DNA of 63,852 nucleotides, filler included, from Folioceros fuciformis (GCA_049999805.1; 11 parts of 11 records of this genome joined end to end with filler, not necessarily neighbours in it); one strand, 5' to 3'. Shown: positions 23,221 to 36,590, counted from the first letter of the whole stretch. Translations and numbers: made by a program. The notes: generated by a model not told the origin, from the sequence alone.

Positions 23221-26200
23221 TATTACCAGATCCACAGAACAGCTCATGGACTTCAATTGTTGCCTTCCTAGCAGCTCAATGTCTTCCGAGAGCCTACTCC
23301 GACACCCCTTCATGGCCGCTACATTGAACTGTTAAAATCCTAGTAGTAGGATTGCATCTAATCTAGCATGATTAGGATTGCACCTAGTCTAACATGATCA
23401 AGATGCAATGCTCAGAGAGATATTTTGTGTTAGTCTCTAAAAAGTGTCTACAAAGTGTGTCTTAAATAGTGTCACTGGGTGTCTCTTCCGAAGAGGCACA
23501 CCCATTCGTAATTATTAAATACTATTAATTACGGTCTACGGTAACTAGGTAGTCGGCACGGTTACGAGCAGATTATCCATTCCATAACACTCCCTCTTAA
23601 GCTGAATGTAACCTGACCAGTGGTGGAGGCTATCTCCCATGGAGCGCGACACTCCTCTTTGATGTGCTCCCTCTAAAGGCTAATGAGAGCCTATACATGT
23701 CATCTTGAGGCACGGCACTAAAGAGGCACAAGTCAGGATTTGTGGTCCTGAAAAGGTAGCATGACTCCCTTGAAGCAAGCATCTTAAGACCGCCTTGCTT
23801 TAGCAGCTAAGTCATGGAGACCAGGTTCTTGCCCATCTGTGGGACTAGGAGCATAGGCTCCAAGGTAAGCACCAAACCGTCCTTGAGGGGAAGTTCGCAA
23901 GTGCCTTGTCCCATGATTGGCAGGCTGGATCTACTCTGTTTGTCACCGAGTAACACCCTTTCCTTGAGAGGACGAGTATCCGGCTTGGTGCATAGAGTAC
24001 GATTGTTGCATATGTGGGCGGTGGCTCCACTGTCGAGATACCACCCCGCATCCTGATGCAAATGGGTGTTGAGGCAAGCCGTAAGTATCTTAACGGTTCT
24101 CGTCTCCACTGTGCTGGCGTTCCCCTTTACTGCAATACTGGCTGTCTGTCACAAGTCAACCTTCTGCGGCTCTTCGGCCTCTTTCTTGCGGCACTCTTGT
24201 GCCCAATGGTTGGCAGCTCCGCACCAATTGCAGTTTCTAGCTCGGCGAGGAGGGGTAGAGGTAGAGTCTCCTTTAGGGGTGAAGTTCGCCTTGCCCTTCG
24301 AATTCCTCCCGGGCTTGAAGCGGGTGGAAAGTGCCTTGTCTGCTTTGGGCTTGGACCCTCCTGCAGAGCTAAGGAGGCTGTGCTCCTGCTGATACAGAGC
24401 GCCGATAATGTCCTCCACTGTTAGGGTGGGGGCGGTACTCGGCTTACCCTGAGTTGATACCAACATCATGCTAATAACAAAATTTTGGTAAGATGGTGGT
24501 AAGCTCATTAGCAGCTGTGCAGCGGCATCGGTCTTCGACATGGTTGAGCCAAGAGGAGCGAGTTGCCCTTGCAGCTATCTGAACTTCAAGGTGTGAGCAA
24601 AGATCGTATCTGTCTCCTTCATCCTTAAGGAGTTGAATTCCTGCCTTATACTATACAAGGTTAGAACATTGTTAACATTGTAGGTGTTAAACAACTGGTC
24701 CCAGATTGCAGATGCATCTAAGAGAAATTCAACATTAGACACAAGACTTGAATCCAGGCCACTAATTAGGAGTGCCATAGCTATCCCATTCAAGCTATCC
24801 CATTCAAATAGTCCCATCTCTCAACGACGCCGACTGGCAGGGGTGGAGTGGTAGAAGGGTTGGGCTTTGGAAGGGTGTCGTCGACGATCTTCCAAACGCC
24901 TCGGCCAATAAGGATCGACTTCATCCAAACGCGCCACATAGGGTAGTGCTGGCCGTTGAATCGGTCTTTCTCTTTAATGTGGTCGGTGAAGACAGGAATC
25001 GAGTTGGTGGAGAAAGTACTAGCCATGGCAGCCGAAGCGTTAATTGAAAGCGAGTTGATCCTAGAGAGTCGACATGTTGACTGAGGTGTTTGCCTCTATC
25101 GGCTCCTCTGTTGGGTCGAAAAGGGGTCCTTGGAAATGCTCGGCAGCAGGCGAAGGAGGCTCGACCTTTAGAGGTGGATTATGATCCTGATGAGGATCTA
25201 AGGTGCTCGGAAGATGTGTCCACCCTGTGGCCCAAGCTAAATCACAAGCAGGGAAGGGATCAGTAATCTGAGCGCAAAAAGGAAGTCGATTGGAGGCAGG
25301 GAAGTGTGAACCGGCACAAATTGAAACCGGTTCCGAACCAGTACACAAAAAAAACTGGATTCACATTGGTAGCGGGTGCCAAATTAGCCGATGGCGCGAA
25401 AAGGCAACTTAAGTTGCCTTTTCGTGGCGCCCTACGTTTTGCTGGCGGCCGCGCCTCCTCGGGCACGCATGCGGCCGTGGCAAGGTGGGCAACCTCCACG
25501 GCGAGCTCTTGGAGGAGCTTGTCCTCCCTGATGCCTCCAAATGTTGGCGCCCTGAGGGTTGGATGCCTTGGGGCGCTTCTATCCTTAGAATTGGAGCCTG
25601 AAATCACGGAATTTGGGGCTGGATCTGCCAAATTGCAAGAAGCAAGGTGCTCAAGATTGGGCCCAAATCCTTGGCCAATTCTCCTGCAATTGTGATGATC
25701 CTGAGGCGCTCCATCGACAGGAAGAGGCAGAGACCTTCGTGAAGCTCCCAGGGACAGGTCATCCTCGGAGAATCCATGCTGAAAGCAATCTTCTCGAGAA
25801 ATCTACGGAGATGGACAAGTGCAGGCACGGGAAACACGGGGAGGCAGTTGCCAGCCCTCCCTCTGAGGAGCAAATGTAGGAACTCCTCTCCCAGGTCTTG
25901 TGCTGCAGATTGCACCCACCTTGGAGCAGAAGGATGGGCAGAGCATGAGGGGAGGCCGTGTGCCTCTCCACCATTTTGTGTTCTTCATGTTAGACTTAAT
26001 AATCGTTCATATATAAAGTGCTTCCAATGATAGAAATGCTCAGAAGAACGGGTGGTGGGTATCCCGTCCACAATTAGACCTCCAAGTTAAGCGCCCTAGG
26101 TTTGGATCAGGACCCGGATGGGTGGCCTGCTGCAGTGCACTGCGTTTTCTTTCTTTCCTTTTTTTTTTTCTTTTTTCTTTTCATCCATCAATTTGGATTG

Positions 26201-26787
26201 GCTCTCAACTTATGGATTGGCTCCATGCTGTCTTCTACAGATCTATGGAAGGGGTCGCCGAGAGGTCGTACACTACTCGACAACAGATCCCCGACCATAG
26301 TGAAGAGATAATTATAAAAGAAGCTTTGACACCATGTTAAAATCCTAGTAGTAGGATTGCATCTAATCTAGCATGATTAGGATTGCATCTAGTCTAACAT
26401 GATCAAGATGCAATGCTCAGAGAGATATTTCGTGTTAGTCTCTAAAAAGTGTATACAAAGTGTGTCTTAAATAGTGTCACTAAGTGTCTCTTCCGAAGAG
26501 GCACACCCATTCGTAATTATTAAATACTATTAATTACAGTCTACGGTAACTAGGTAGTCGGTAGGGTTACGGGCAGATTATCCATTCCGTAACATGAACT
26601 GGGTGGGGAAGAATCGCTGCAGATCTTTAACATGTGCCTTTGTGACTGCACGGGTGTTAGCCTCTTGCTCTACACGTGTTTTTTTTATCCTTATCTCGCA
26701 TCGCAGCAGTGCCTCCAACCCAGTGCTGATCCCTGCACACAACTCAACTAGATGGATCCCTTGATCAGTTGGTTTCCATTGAATCAC
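23221..26787 (-). pseudogene. C5 cytosine DNA methyltransferase fragment (motifs I-IV start), split by a Copia insertion; parts 26787-26595 and 23324-23221
   Basis: Removing the element and one TSD gives an in-frame GIHLVELCAGISTGLEALL...QRFFPTQFNVAAMKGCRSRLSEDIELLGRQQLKSMSCSVDLVI. Confidence 0.68.
23330..26594 (-). mobile_element. Complete non-autonomous Copia LTR element (gag + protease only)
   Basis: Two 260-bp TG...CA LTRs (23330-23589, 26335-26594; about 10 mismatches by eye). TGAAC target-site duplication at 23325-23329 and 26595-26599. Met-type PBS TGGTGTCAAAGC and PPT AAGAGGGAG. Gag with CNWCGAANHWAQEC knuckle and protease WYLDSGAT; no INT/RT/RH. Confidence 0.93.
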
Positions 26788-27160
26788 CTTATTATGGTTG
26801 CAAAGCTATTCTCCCTTAAGCCTTTTTACATCTGGTAGGCAACTCTCTGGACAAACACCAGAGGCCTGCTAGGACCTTGGCTTCTCCTGTCGTTTGCGAT
26901 CTCTTAGCAACACCTGCTCCAGTTCCTGGGTGGCCCGTATGCACATGCCAGTTCTACTCTCATGTGACTCTTGCGTTTCTTCACCCATCATCTCTTGAGT
27001 TTCTGTCCACAATTCATCTCGATCCATACTCTATGCCACATAACTACCTAGCGTTGACACATTCCGTGCCTTTGCGCTACGTCTTCTCATTTCTAAAGGA
27101 ATTCAAGCTACCTGAGTGAAATCCCCATTCTGCCATCTTGGTCGATAGAACGCCACCGAG

Positions 27161-29181
27161 TGTAATGCTAATAAATACGGAAGCGTGCTTGTAAGGAAAG
27201 CATTAATTAATAAAAGGAAAGTGTCCTTTAAGTACAAAACTGAATGTGTCTTTTGAGTTATGTAATTAACCTCTAGTCTAGTAACTAGGGTATAAACTAT
27301 GTTAGGGTTTCATGCCTAACACTCCCACTAAACCAACATGGTTTATACGACCATAGGTTTGAACTTATAATCATCGTATACCATTATGTCCCAGCTACTC
27401 TCAGTAACGGGGTGTACTTCCAACGTACACAGCGTGGACCTCCTGACTGCCTTCCGTATATGCTGAGCTTGCTTCCTGATCAGTAGAACGATTACGCGCG
27501 CAAGCCTGATGACGAAGACAAGCTATGGAGCATCACACAGCGCAAGCCCTCCTCAAAGTCCTCAGCACATCAATATGAAGAGTGCTAGCAGCACTGGCGG
27601 GAGCGGAGCACGCGGACGGTCTGTAACAGGAAAAGCAACATTGCACGCAATTGAGCCTACGATGGGCGCTCTCCCACTTGATGAGCGCCTTCCAGTGAGG
27701 GCTCTGCCGCCAGCTCCGATCATAGTTGAGCTAGAATCCTATGAGCCTGAGCCCGACATGACCAACATCAACCCTGTCGCCAACACCACTGACGATGACT
27801 CAAATGCTATGGAGAGCTTCCCTTGTCGTCAAGTCGGAGCTGGAGGAAGGGCTCCCATTGCATCTGTGTTGGAGCGGCAAGTTGCTGCTGTCATAGCAAC
27901 CTTGACTGAAATGGAGGCCCTGCTGGACGTGAAGAGGGCTGAGGTGACCCGACAGCAAGCAGCCCTGGTAAAGGAAGCCGTGAATAGAGCAACAGCCTCC
28001 GCCGACAGAGCCTTTGACGACATAGAGGTCGACAGAGCTAGGAGGAACCATGACTGTAGCGTGTGTGCGCATAGAAGCTGTCTTTGCCCCCTGTGTGGGA
28101 AGAAGCTATACAAGGTATGTAATTTCCTACCTAATCCTATTCCATGCCATGCCTGCGACTCAATTTAAGCTTTACGCTTCATCCACCAGTCATGCATGTA
28201 CTGTGTTCTAACCCAAGACCTGATCTACCTCTGCAGGATGGCTAAGAGCATGAAGTTGTTCCTCGTCACAGCAGTGGCAAGAGCCACTAAGGTGAAGACC
28301 CAATGTGTGGATAGCAATGTGCTTCAGCTTTAGCCATAGAACTAACTAGGATAGTTAGTCTGCTTCCATAGGATAGCTAAACTCTTTCAGACCTAAGGCA
28401 GCCATATGCTGGAAATGTTTGGCCTTTGGGGCCCTTTTGTGAATATGTCTGCAGTGTTGAGATGAGTATTGATATAATGTACCTTGATAGCCCCTCGTTT
28501 TGCAACGTCCCTAATATAATGGTGATAGAGCTCTATGTGCTTTGTACGAGCATGAAAACGGGGATTAGACACGAGAGCTATAGCGCTCATGTTTTTACAA
28601 TGCAGCATAGTTGGTTCTTTCTGTGTTTGGTTCACTGACTCCAGAAACTGCCGTTGCCTTTCAGCCTCCTTGCAGGCATTCGTGAGCGCTTTGTACTCAG
28701 CCTCCGTAGAGGAAAGGGCAAGTGAAGTCTGCTTTTTGCAACTCCAATTGATAGTTCTAGAGGCCAACAAGCAACAATAAGCTGACAGGCTCTTCCTGGT
28801 GCCAGCATCTGATGCCTAGTCAGCATCAGCGAACGAGATAAGTTCAAGCCTATTGCTCCCATTGCCTGTAGCCCATAGGATGCTGTACCCTTAAGATAGC
28901 GATAGATCCTTTTCATGGCTGCCCAATGTTGTGACTTAAGAAACTGTGACACCATGGACACAAAGTAACTGATATCTAGTCAGGTCCAATTTACTGGATA
29001 TATCAAACAACCGACTGCCTCTGCATATGGGATAGCCTGCATGTCCACAAGCTCTTGTGCATTCTGAGGAGACATGGCAGATCTTAACTTCTCCCCCACT
29101 ACAGAGGGAGTGGCTACCGGTTTAGCCCCATCCAGGTAAAACCTCTTTAGTATCTCTTTTTTATACTTTGTCAAGTGCAGG
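27161..29181 (-). mobile_element. Copia 3' half (RT-RNase H, PPT, probable LTR 27161-27321) with an internal antisense ORF
   Basis: PYAEAVGCLIY, HWAAMKRIYRYLKGT, ALSSTEAEY and HARTKHIELYHH; PPT AGTGGGAG then TGTTAGG on the minus strand. Confidence 0.85.
27509..28168 (+). CDS. Antisense ORF inside the Copia 3' region: coiled-coil plus Cys-rich motif, probably spliced (donor 28115, acceptor 28236)
   Basis: 219-aa ORF with CSVCAHRSCLCPLC followed by AAG|GTATGT and a later CTGCAG; the putative second exon has stops. Confidence 0.45.
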   Translation: MTKTSYGASHSASPPQSPQHINMKSASSTGGSGARGRSVTGKATLHAIEPTMGALPLDERLPVRALPPAPIIVELESYEPEPDMTNINPVANTTDDDSNAMESFPCRQVGAGGRAPIASVLERQVAAVIATLTEMEALLDVKRAEVTRQQAALVKEAVNRATASADRAFDDIEVDRARRNHDCSVCAHRSCLCPLCGKKLYKVCNFLPNPIPCHACDSI

Positions 29182-29835
29182 TGTGAACCTCCAAAGTTTG
29201 AGGTAGTATTTTGTTTTGGTTGAAAAATGGTTAATAGTGGTATAGTTTGGTTTTCTTTTTCTACTTCTTTTCCCTAATTTTTCTTTATTTTCTGGTCATT
29301 TTTCCTATTTTTCTTTGTACTAATTAGGTTAATTGACTAGGAAATAGTTGGTTTGGTTATTAAAGTGGGTACAGGTTTGGTCCCAGACCTGGGAAAGTTT
29401 AGGTCCGGTACCGGGCCATAGGGTTGGGAAAGTTTGAGTCTAGGTCTAGTGATTAGTTAAATATTAATTAAATATATATTATTAAATAATAAAATAATAA
29501 TCGAATAATATTAAATAATAAAATAATAATCGAATAACATTAAATAATAAAATAATGGTATGAACATAGGAACGGGAATATGTGGGGTATGTCAGTGTCA
29601 GGGGTCAAGCTGGCTGATTGCCTGGCTGGCCTGAACGGTCAGGGAGGCCGTGCCCTAGCTAGGGCTAGAGGTAGGGGTTGCGGCCGCCCCCATCCCCCTC
29701 CCCCTTTCTCCCTTTCTCCCTTCCTCCTCCATTCCNNNNNNNNNNNNNNNNNNNNNNNNNNNNNNNNNNNNNNNNNNNNTTAATTAATTAANNNNNNNNN
29801 NNNNNNNNNNNNNNNNNNNNNNNNNNNNNNNNNNN

Positions 29836-32106
29836 GGGACGCTTGCTGCCGATCTCCCTCCAAGCTGCTCCAACTTCTCGTAGCTGCTCTAGCTTCTGGT
29901 GTGCACTCTTGCTGCCTCTTGCAGCACCTCCTACGCTGATCTTGCACCGCCTGCACCGGGCTCTGATACCATGTCAATAGGATCGACTCCAGTCTACGTG
30001 CAAGTGTAGGAGAGGAGAGGAGAGAAGAGAGGGTGGTATTGGTGATCACAACCATGAAAACAATACACATCACCATTGTCTTACTATGGAGGTCCGAGGT
30101 CTCCATTTAAGTAGTACATTTAGGGCTACACAACTTCTAGGTTCAATATGGGATAATCTACACTATCCTAAGTTCACTAATAACTAGAACTAGTCTAGTA
30201 TGAACCCAACTGGGATAACTAACACCACATGAGTTTAGCTCGTATAGAGCTCGATAACTCAACACTTTAAACGCAGTAGCCTCAGCAGTCTTGCACCGCT
30301 CTAGGAACTCCTTTGTAGTTCCCTTGGGTCTTCCCACTCCCCGCTTCACATCTCTCGCAGTAGTTGGTGTCGAAGCTCCAAGAGTGGTAGTTGTCTTAGC
30401 GGCAAACCGACCCTTGGAATCCCGTGGCTGATGGCGCTTAGGATTGGGCTCGTAATTGCAATTTGAGGAAGACATGGTGATGAGAAGAAGAACAATCGTG
30501 AGTTGCGGCAGCTCGGAGTATGGGAGAAATGAAATGAAATGAAAAGGTCGGCGTTATAAGGGATGCGGACCTCATCTTTGCCGACTTCATACTAGAGCGT
30601 AGCATCTTGATCCAAATTGACAGGAATGCGAGAGTGTAACCAAGTACAGGATATGATAGCCATTAAGCTCAAAATTGAAGGCGCAGCTGAACCACAGTCT
30701 CTCACGAGTAACCACCAGCAGACTGAAGACTGTACAAGAAATCGTTACCAACAAGTGGGAGTAAAGGAATACATGTGTTGGATAGATGATTAGGGTTCAG
30801 TAGTCTAGTTAAGTTAAGAGCTTTAAAAGACATACCTTTTCATTAGGGTTACGTCGTTTGATTAGATCACAACGTTTCATAGGATTAAGTTATTCTTATG
30901 ACTTATACATTATTATTGCATTCTTGACACAATGTGATTAATTTCATATGTTTAATTGATCTGTAATTACCTAAATTTGTTACGAGCCTCCCTCCTAGAA
31001 AATCAATATGGCCAAGTATCGCTACCCTAGAGGCACCAGCGACATAGGTATGATTCGTTGGCAGATTGCCTGGAAATTCAAACATAAGGGTACGCTGAAG
31101 CACGGAGCGGACTCGCGGGGTCCCGAAGGAGTTCTACGGGCGTACCATCCTGTAAGGCAGACCTAGTCTGGTGGGCCGCAGTTGACAAAGGCGGGGTGTG
31201 GTGCGAAGGGCGAGCAAGGCAGAGGTCGTGGAGTAGGAGTGTGTCGCGTAGCAGTCGCATAGCTGCATGCCTATCTAGCCACAAAATGTTCTTGGCCTAT
31301 GATCAAGAGCAAGGCTACAAGAAGGGCTGGGTTTGCCTAAGAGAGACATGCTATGAACGAAAAAAAAACTTTCGGAACGACGAAATGAGCAGGTTGTGAT
31401 TTTTTTTGTGAAGGGACAGGCGAATCGGCTTAGTAGGTAAATAAGACCAGGGCGTTTATGCCCAAAGTCCCTCTTGGGCTTTGGGGTTTGGGGTGTACTG
31501 AAGACCAGGACAAGGAGGAGGAATGAGCGAGTGCCTCCTTGCCTCTCGGGTCATTGAGAACATTAAGGACCAGGTTTGTAGGTAGGTGAGTGGGGCATGA
31601 CCGTGGCCTTCGGTGGTCAGGGTCCCCTTAGGTCTCTATATATGCTACCCCCCCCCCTCTTTTCTTTTGAGAAATAAGGAAATAGAAATGATTAGGGAAC
31701 AGGCTAGTTGTGGACTTACGCAAAAATAAGGGCCGAGACGACGGGGCAACGGTAGCCGGCAGGGCAACCGTCGCCGGAGGAACGACTAGTGGTAGCCCGA
31801 TGGGCGATAAGGAGAGAAAGCAGGTAGGGCATAAAAACCCTAGAGGAGGGGGAGCTTTGTCCAACGTCCGGAAGCGCGGGGAGTGGGAGTAACTTGAAGC
31901 GTGAAGCGGCTGAGGAAGGAGAAAGCGCTAGGACGACGGGACAGACGGCGCAGGGCGTAAGGGTTCAGCAGACACAGGGGAGTGGAAGACCTCCAAGGCG
32001 CGAGCGGTGGAGAGAGCTGGGCGAATAGAGGAAGAGACAGAGCGCGACCAGGACAGAAGAGTTCCGAGCCCGAGCGTGAGGGGAAGGGGACAGGTAGGAT
32101 GAGGTC
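29836..32106. mobile_element. Nested LTR-retrotransposon remnants (PBS GCTCTGATACCA at ~29960 next to a TG LTR end; short AT-hook ORF 30158-30475)
   Basis: Perfect reverse-complement tRNA-iMet PBS adjoining TGTCAATAG; ORF contains KRGVGRPKG. Confidence 0.55.
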
Positions 32107-32206
32107 NNNNNNNNNNNNNNNNNNNNNNNNNNNNNNNNNNNNNNNNNNNNTTAATTAATTAANNNNNNNNNNNNNNNNNNNNNNNNNNNNNNNNNNNNNN
32201 NNNNNN

Positions 32207-33496
32207 CACAATGTGCTATTGCAGCTTATAAAAATTATGAACCGGAAATGTTGAATGTAAAGACAGCTTTCTAGAATGGCAAGTTAGACAACGAGATCTA
32301 TATGCAATAGCCACCAGGCTATGAAGTGAAAGAAAAAGAACACTTGGCTTGTAAATTGATTAAGACTGTGTATGGACTTTAACAATCTGCAAAAGAATGG
32401 AACGCAATTTTAGATGAAGAACTACTTACCTTAGGCTTTCGCAAAAGTCAAGCAAATGACATTCTTTGTGTGTACATAAAAAATGATGTTGTGTGCTATT
32501 TAGCAGTGTATGTCGATGACTTGATATTGTGCAGTAATAGTCCACCCTACATCACCACAATTACAGACCTGTTAGCAAAGAAATTTGAGATGTCTAATCT
32601 AGGTCCATTACAAAACTGCCTAGGTATTTATATACAGAGAAATAGGGACAAAAGAGTCCTTACTTTGACTCAACCTAGATACATCCTTGAAACTGTAGAA
32701 CACTTAGGGATGAAAGAAGCTAAGTCAGCAGCTACACCTCTTCCCAGTGGTGTTAAGCTCAGTAAAGATATGTCACCCACAACACAAATAGAGAAAGATC
32801 AAATGTCAAATACCCCTTATAGACAGGCAGTAGGAAAACTTATTTATGCAGCAAACACAACAAGGCCTGAAGTTGCTTTCTCAACCAGTGCTCTATCTCA
32901 GTACTTAGAAAATCTAGGCCAAACACACTGGACTTGTGTCAAGCGAGTTTTTCCCTATCTCAAAGGAACTGCAAATAGAGGAATCAAATATGCTTATTAG
33001 CAAGGAGAACCTCTCGACCTACAAGTATTTATATACTCAGATTAAGCAGGGGATATAGACAGCAGGAAATCAGTTTCCGGGTTGTCTATTTTGTAGAGGG
33101 GCCTATTTGCTGGTCTAATAAGAAGCAACAAACAGTTGCCCTGTCTAGCACAGAGGCTGAGTACCGAGTGTTAACAGCTGTTGCTAAGGAAGTGGTTTGG
33201 TGCAAGCTATTGTTCTCTGAAATGGGGATAACATTACCTACATGTACAACAATTCAGAGTGACAATCAAGGGTCAAAAGCCTTGCTAAAAATCTAGTGTT
33301 TCATTTACGCACCAAACATGTTGCAGTGGAGTTCCATTTTATACGAGAACTAGTGTCATCTGGACAGATATCACTCGAGTATATACCCACCCAAGACAAT
33401 CTAGCAGACATTCTGACTAAAGCATTAGGAAAACAGATGCATGAAAAACATGTTACTAGTCTGGGTATGGGAGACGCTGACGTCTTCCTCAAGTGA
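32207..33496 (+). mobile_element. Degenerate Copia RT-RNase H
   Basis: AVYVDDL, PYRQAVGKLIY, ALSSTEAEY and RTKHVAVEFHFIRE...NLADILTKAL; many stops and frameshifts. Confidence 0.9.
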
Positions 33497-33672
33497 CTAA
33501 AAATACCCTATAAACTGCCTCAATCCCAACTTGGGTTCTAGATGTCTGTATCATACTCTCTCAATTAGCGAAGAATCCAGTGTTTCATGCGAAGACCAAA
33601 CATGTGGAAGTGAAGTATCACTTCATTCGAGAGGTGTTGGAAGACAAGAGGGTACAGCTTGTCAAAGTTCAT

Positions 33673-36590
33673 AAAGCCTCATCGCTACGATTGTAGCCTT
33701 GAGAAAGCATAAATGAGTGGAACTTGTAATACCACTCCCTGGGTGCCTATTTCAAACCATAAAGGCTCTTCTTTAACCTACACACCAGATTCTCTTTGCC
33801 CTTCTCAATGAAACCCTTTGGTTGCTGCATGTATACCTCTTCCTAGAGATCACCATGCAGAAACGCTGACTCCACATCCATCTGGACAAGTTCCATGTCG
33901 TTCCTCGCAACCAGACCAAGAACACATCGCAAGGTGGTTATTTTGACAACTGGTGAGAAAATCTCATCAAAGTCAATACCTTGCTGTTGCTTAAAACCTT
34001 TAGCAACCAATCGTGCCTTGTACTTGGGTTTGCCATAATGGGGTATGTTCTTCATCTTATACACCCATTTGCATGGCAACGCCTTCTTGCCCCTAGGCAA
34101 CTGAACCAACTCCCAAGTTTGGTTCTTATGGAGGGAATCCATCTATGACTGCATCGCCTTCTCCCACTTGTCCTTGTCAATCACTGACATGGCTTCTTGA
34201 TAACAAGAGGGCTCCCCACAATCCGTCAACATGACATAATCAAGAGATGCAACATACCCGTCAGGAGGACGTGAAATCCTTCCTGACCTACGAAGCACTG
34301 GCGACTCGACTGGAGCTGGTTGCACTCTCTCCTCTTCTACAAGAGGAGGACCTTGTTTTTGCACATCACGTCGTTCAATCTACGCGGGACGATCAAGTTC
34401 ATCTTCTTGGAAGACCACCCGTCGCACCTCCACAGTTGGAGTAGGCTTCTTGTGCATCGTGGTCTCATTGAAGAACACGTCATTGCTGCGAACAACCCTC
34501 TTGGCCTCAAGATCCCATAGACGATAGCCCATCTCACGAGATTCACCATAGCCAAGAAAAATACATTTTCTTGACTTGGGAGCCAACTAGTCCCGAAACT
34601 CCTTCAGAACATGGTAGTATGCCTCGCAGCCAAACACTCGTAGATGCTTGTATGACGGCTTCTTTCCATACCACATCTCCTCTCGAACCTGCTTATTCAC
34701 AGCCCTATTAGGAGATCTGTTAATAAGATGCACCGCAGTAACCACAGGTTCTGCCCAAAATCCGTTAGGTAATCCAGAGTTTGACAACAAACTACGCATC
34801 CTCTGTTGGATGGTCTTGTTCATCCGTTCAGCCACACCATTTTGGGGAGGAGTATACGAGGCAGTCAATTCTCTTTTGATTCCCTTGGAATCACAGAATG
34901 ACTGGAAAGCCTTCGAAACGTACTCTCCCCCATTGTCTGTCCTTAGACACTTCAGTGGGAGGCCAGATTGATTCTCCACAAGGGTGACGAATTTCTGAAA
35001 CACTGTCAGAACATCCTTTTTCCTCAAAGGATAAATCCACACCTTGCATGAGAAATCATCAATGAAAGTGACAAAATAGGATCCACATGCACATAGGTCC
35101 ACAAATTTCACTGTGAACCAATTCAAGAGGTTTAATTCTGTGTTTACCTCTTGCTCCATGTGGTGACTTCGTTTGTTTCCCATACAAACAGTGCTCACAC
35201 ACGGAGAAATCGGAGAAGTCAAAAGCAGGGACATAACCAAAACGAGATAGTATCTTCATTCCTTTTTGAGACATGTCCTAACCGACAATGCCTTAAGGAA
35301 ACACTTGGCTGTTTCGTTACACAAATCACATGATCCTTGACAGTGGTTACCTGAAGTGAGTACAAAGTGCCACACTTCGATCCACGAGCTAACACAAGAG
35401 AACCTTTGGAGATCTTCTAAGAATGATCTCCAAACCAACAGTGGTAGCCAGCGTCATCCAACTATCCTGCACTAGTCATGCTTTTTGTCAACTTCGGAAC
35501 ATGCCTAACATCCTTCACTAGGAATGAAGATCCGTTGTCGAGCTTCACCTGCACATCAGCAACGCCTGCAATCTCGCATGCGTAGTTATTTCCAAGCCAA
35601 ACACATCCTTTCCTAGTAGCATCATAAGTGCTGAACCACTCCCTATGCGGAGTAACATGGAAAGATGCTCCATAGTCAATTATCCAATTAGAGAATAAGT
35701 GACTCTCCACGGCTGTTAGTTGTGCAGAATCGAAGGAAGAAGAGATAAGAACATCTCCATCATCAACAGAGTTCACCTCGTCACGCTTGATACTCAGACT
35801 TGCCTTGTTGTCGCTCTGCTTCTTCTCCTTTCCTTTGTCCTTCTCGAACCTTTGGCAGTCCCTTCTGATATGACCCTTCTTGTGACAATGGTAACACTCA
35901 ACATTGTTACGACTACGAGATTTACTACGAGAAATACTTTGCTCCTTGTACTTCTCCTTTGAAGTGGACCTTGCTCTCACCATGAGGGTATTGGAACCTT
36001 TCGAAGGTTCCATATTCTTCCTATTCACCTCCTCTGTTAATAGGCTACCTTCTACATTTACAACGGTAAGACCACTGGCAGGAGCGGAAATACTCAAAGC
36101 TGTATGAAAAGTGTCCCAACTCTCTGGTAATGTGACCAACAGAAACATAGCTCTCACAGAATCTGGGAACGAGATACCTTGAGATGAGAGCTGGCTGAAA
36201 ATGGTATTGAACTCATTCAGATGATTGGACATCCTCGTCCCTTCCTTCAACTTCAAGTCCACCAGTTGTTTCAACCAGTACACTTGAGAAGCCGCACTTT
36301 GCTTCTCATATAGGTCACACAACTTCTGCCATAGCTCGTAACTTGTGGTCTTGTCTTTCACGTTAAAGTAGACCGACTTCTACAATGTTAGCATGATGGT
36401 GGACGTAGCAAGCTCATCTAGATCCTGCCACTCATCCTGAGTCATGCTAACAGGTTTCACTCCTAGCAGCTTGATGGGCTTGATCTGCTTCTTCTGTACT
36501 AGAACATTATACACTTGTTCTTTCTAGAACGAGAAGTTAGTATCATCTAACTTCTCGATATTGAACATGATGTTTTCTGAGGACGTCATG
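33673..36590 (-). mobile_element. Degenerate Tnt1-like Copia gag-pol (gag, zinc knuckle, protease, integrase, RT start)
   Basis: [53 protein letters not shown] and MDVESAFLHG in Copia order. Confidence 0.93.

Noticed and set aside
33555-33672. Plus-strand RNase H fragment abutting a minus-strand Copia RT
   Set aside because: Ordinary TE rearrangement debris with no sign of function.
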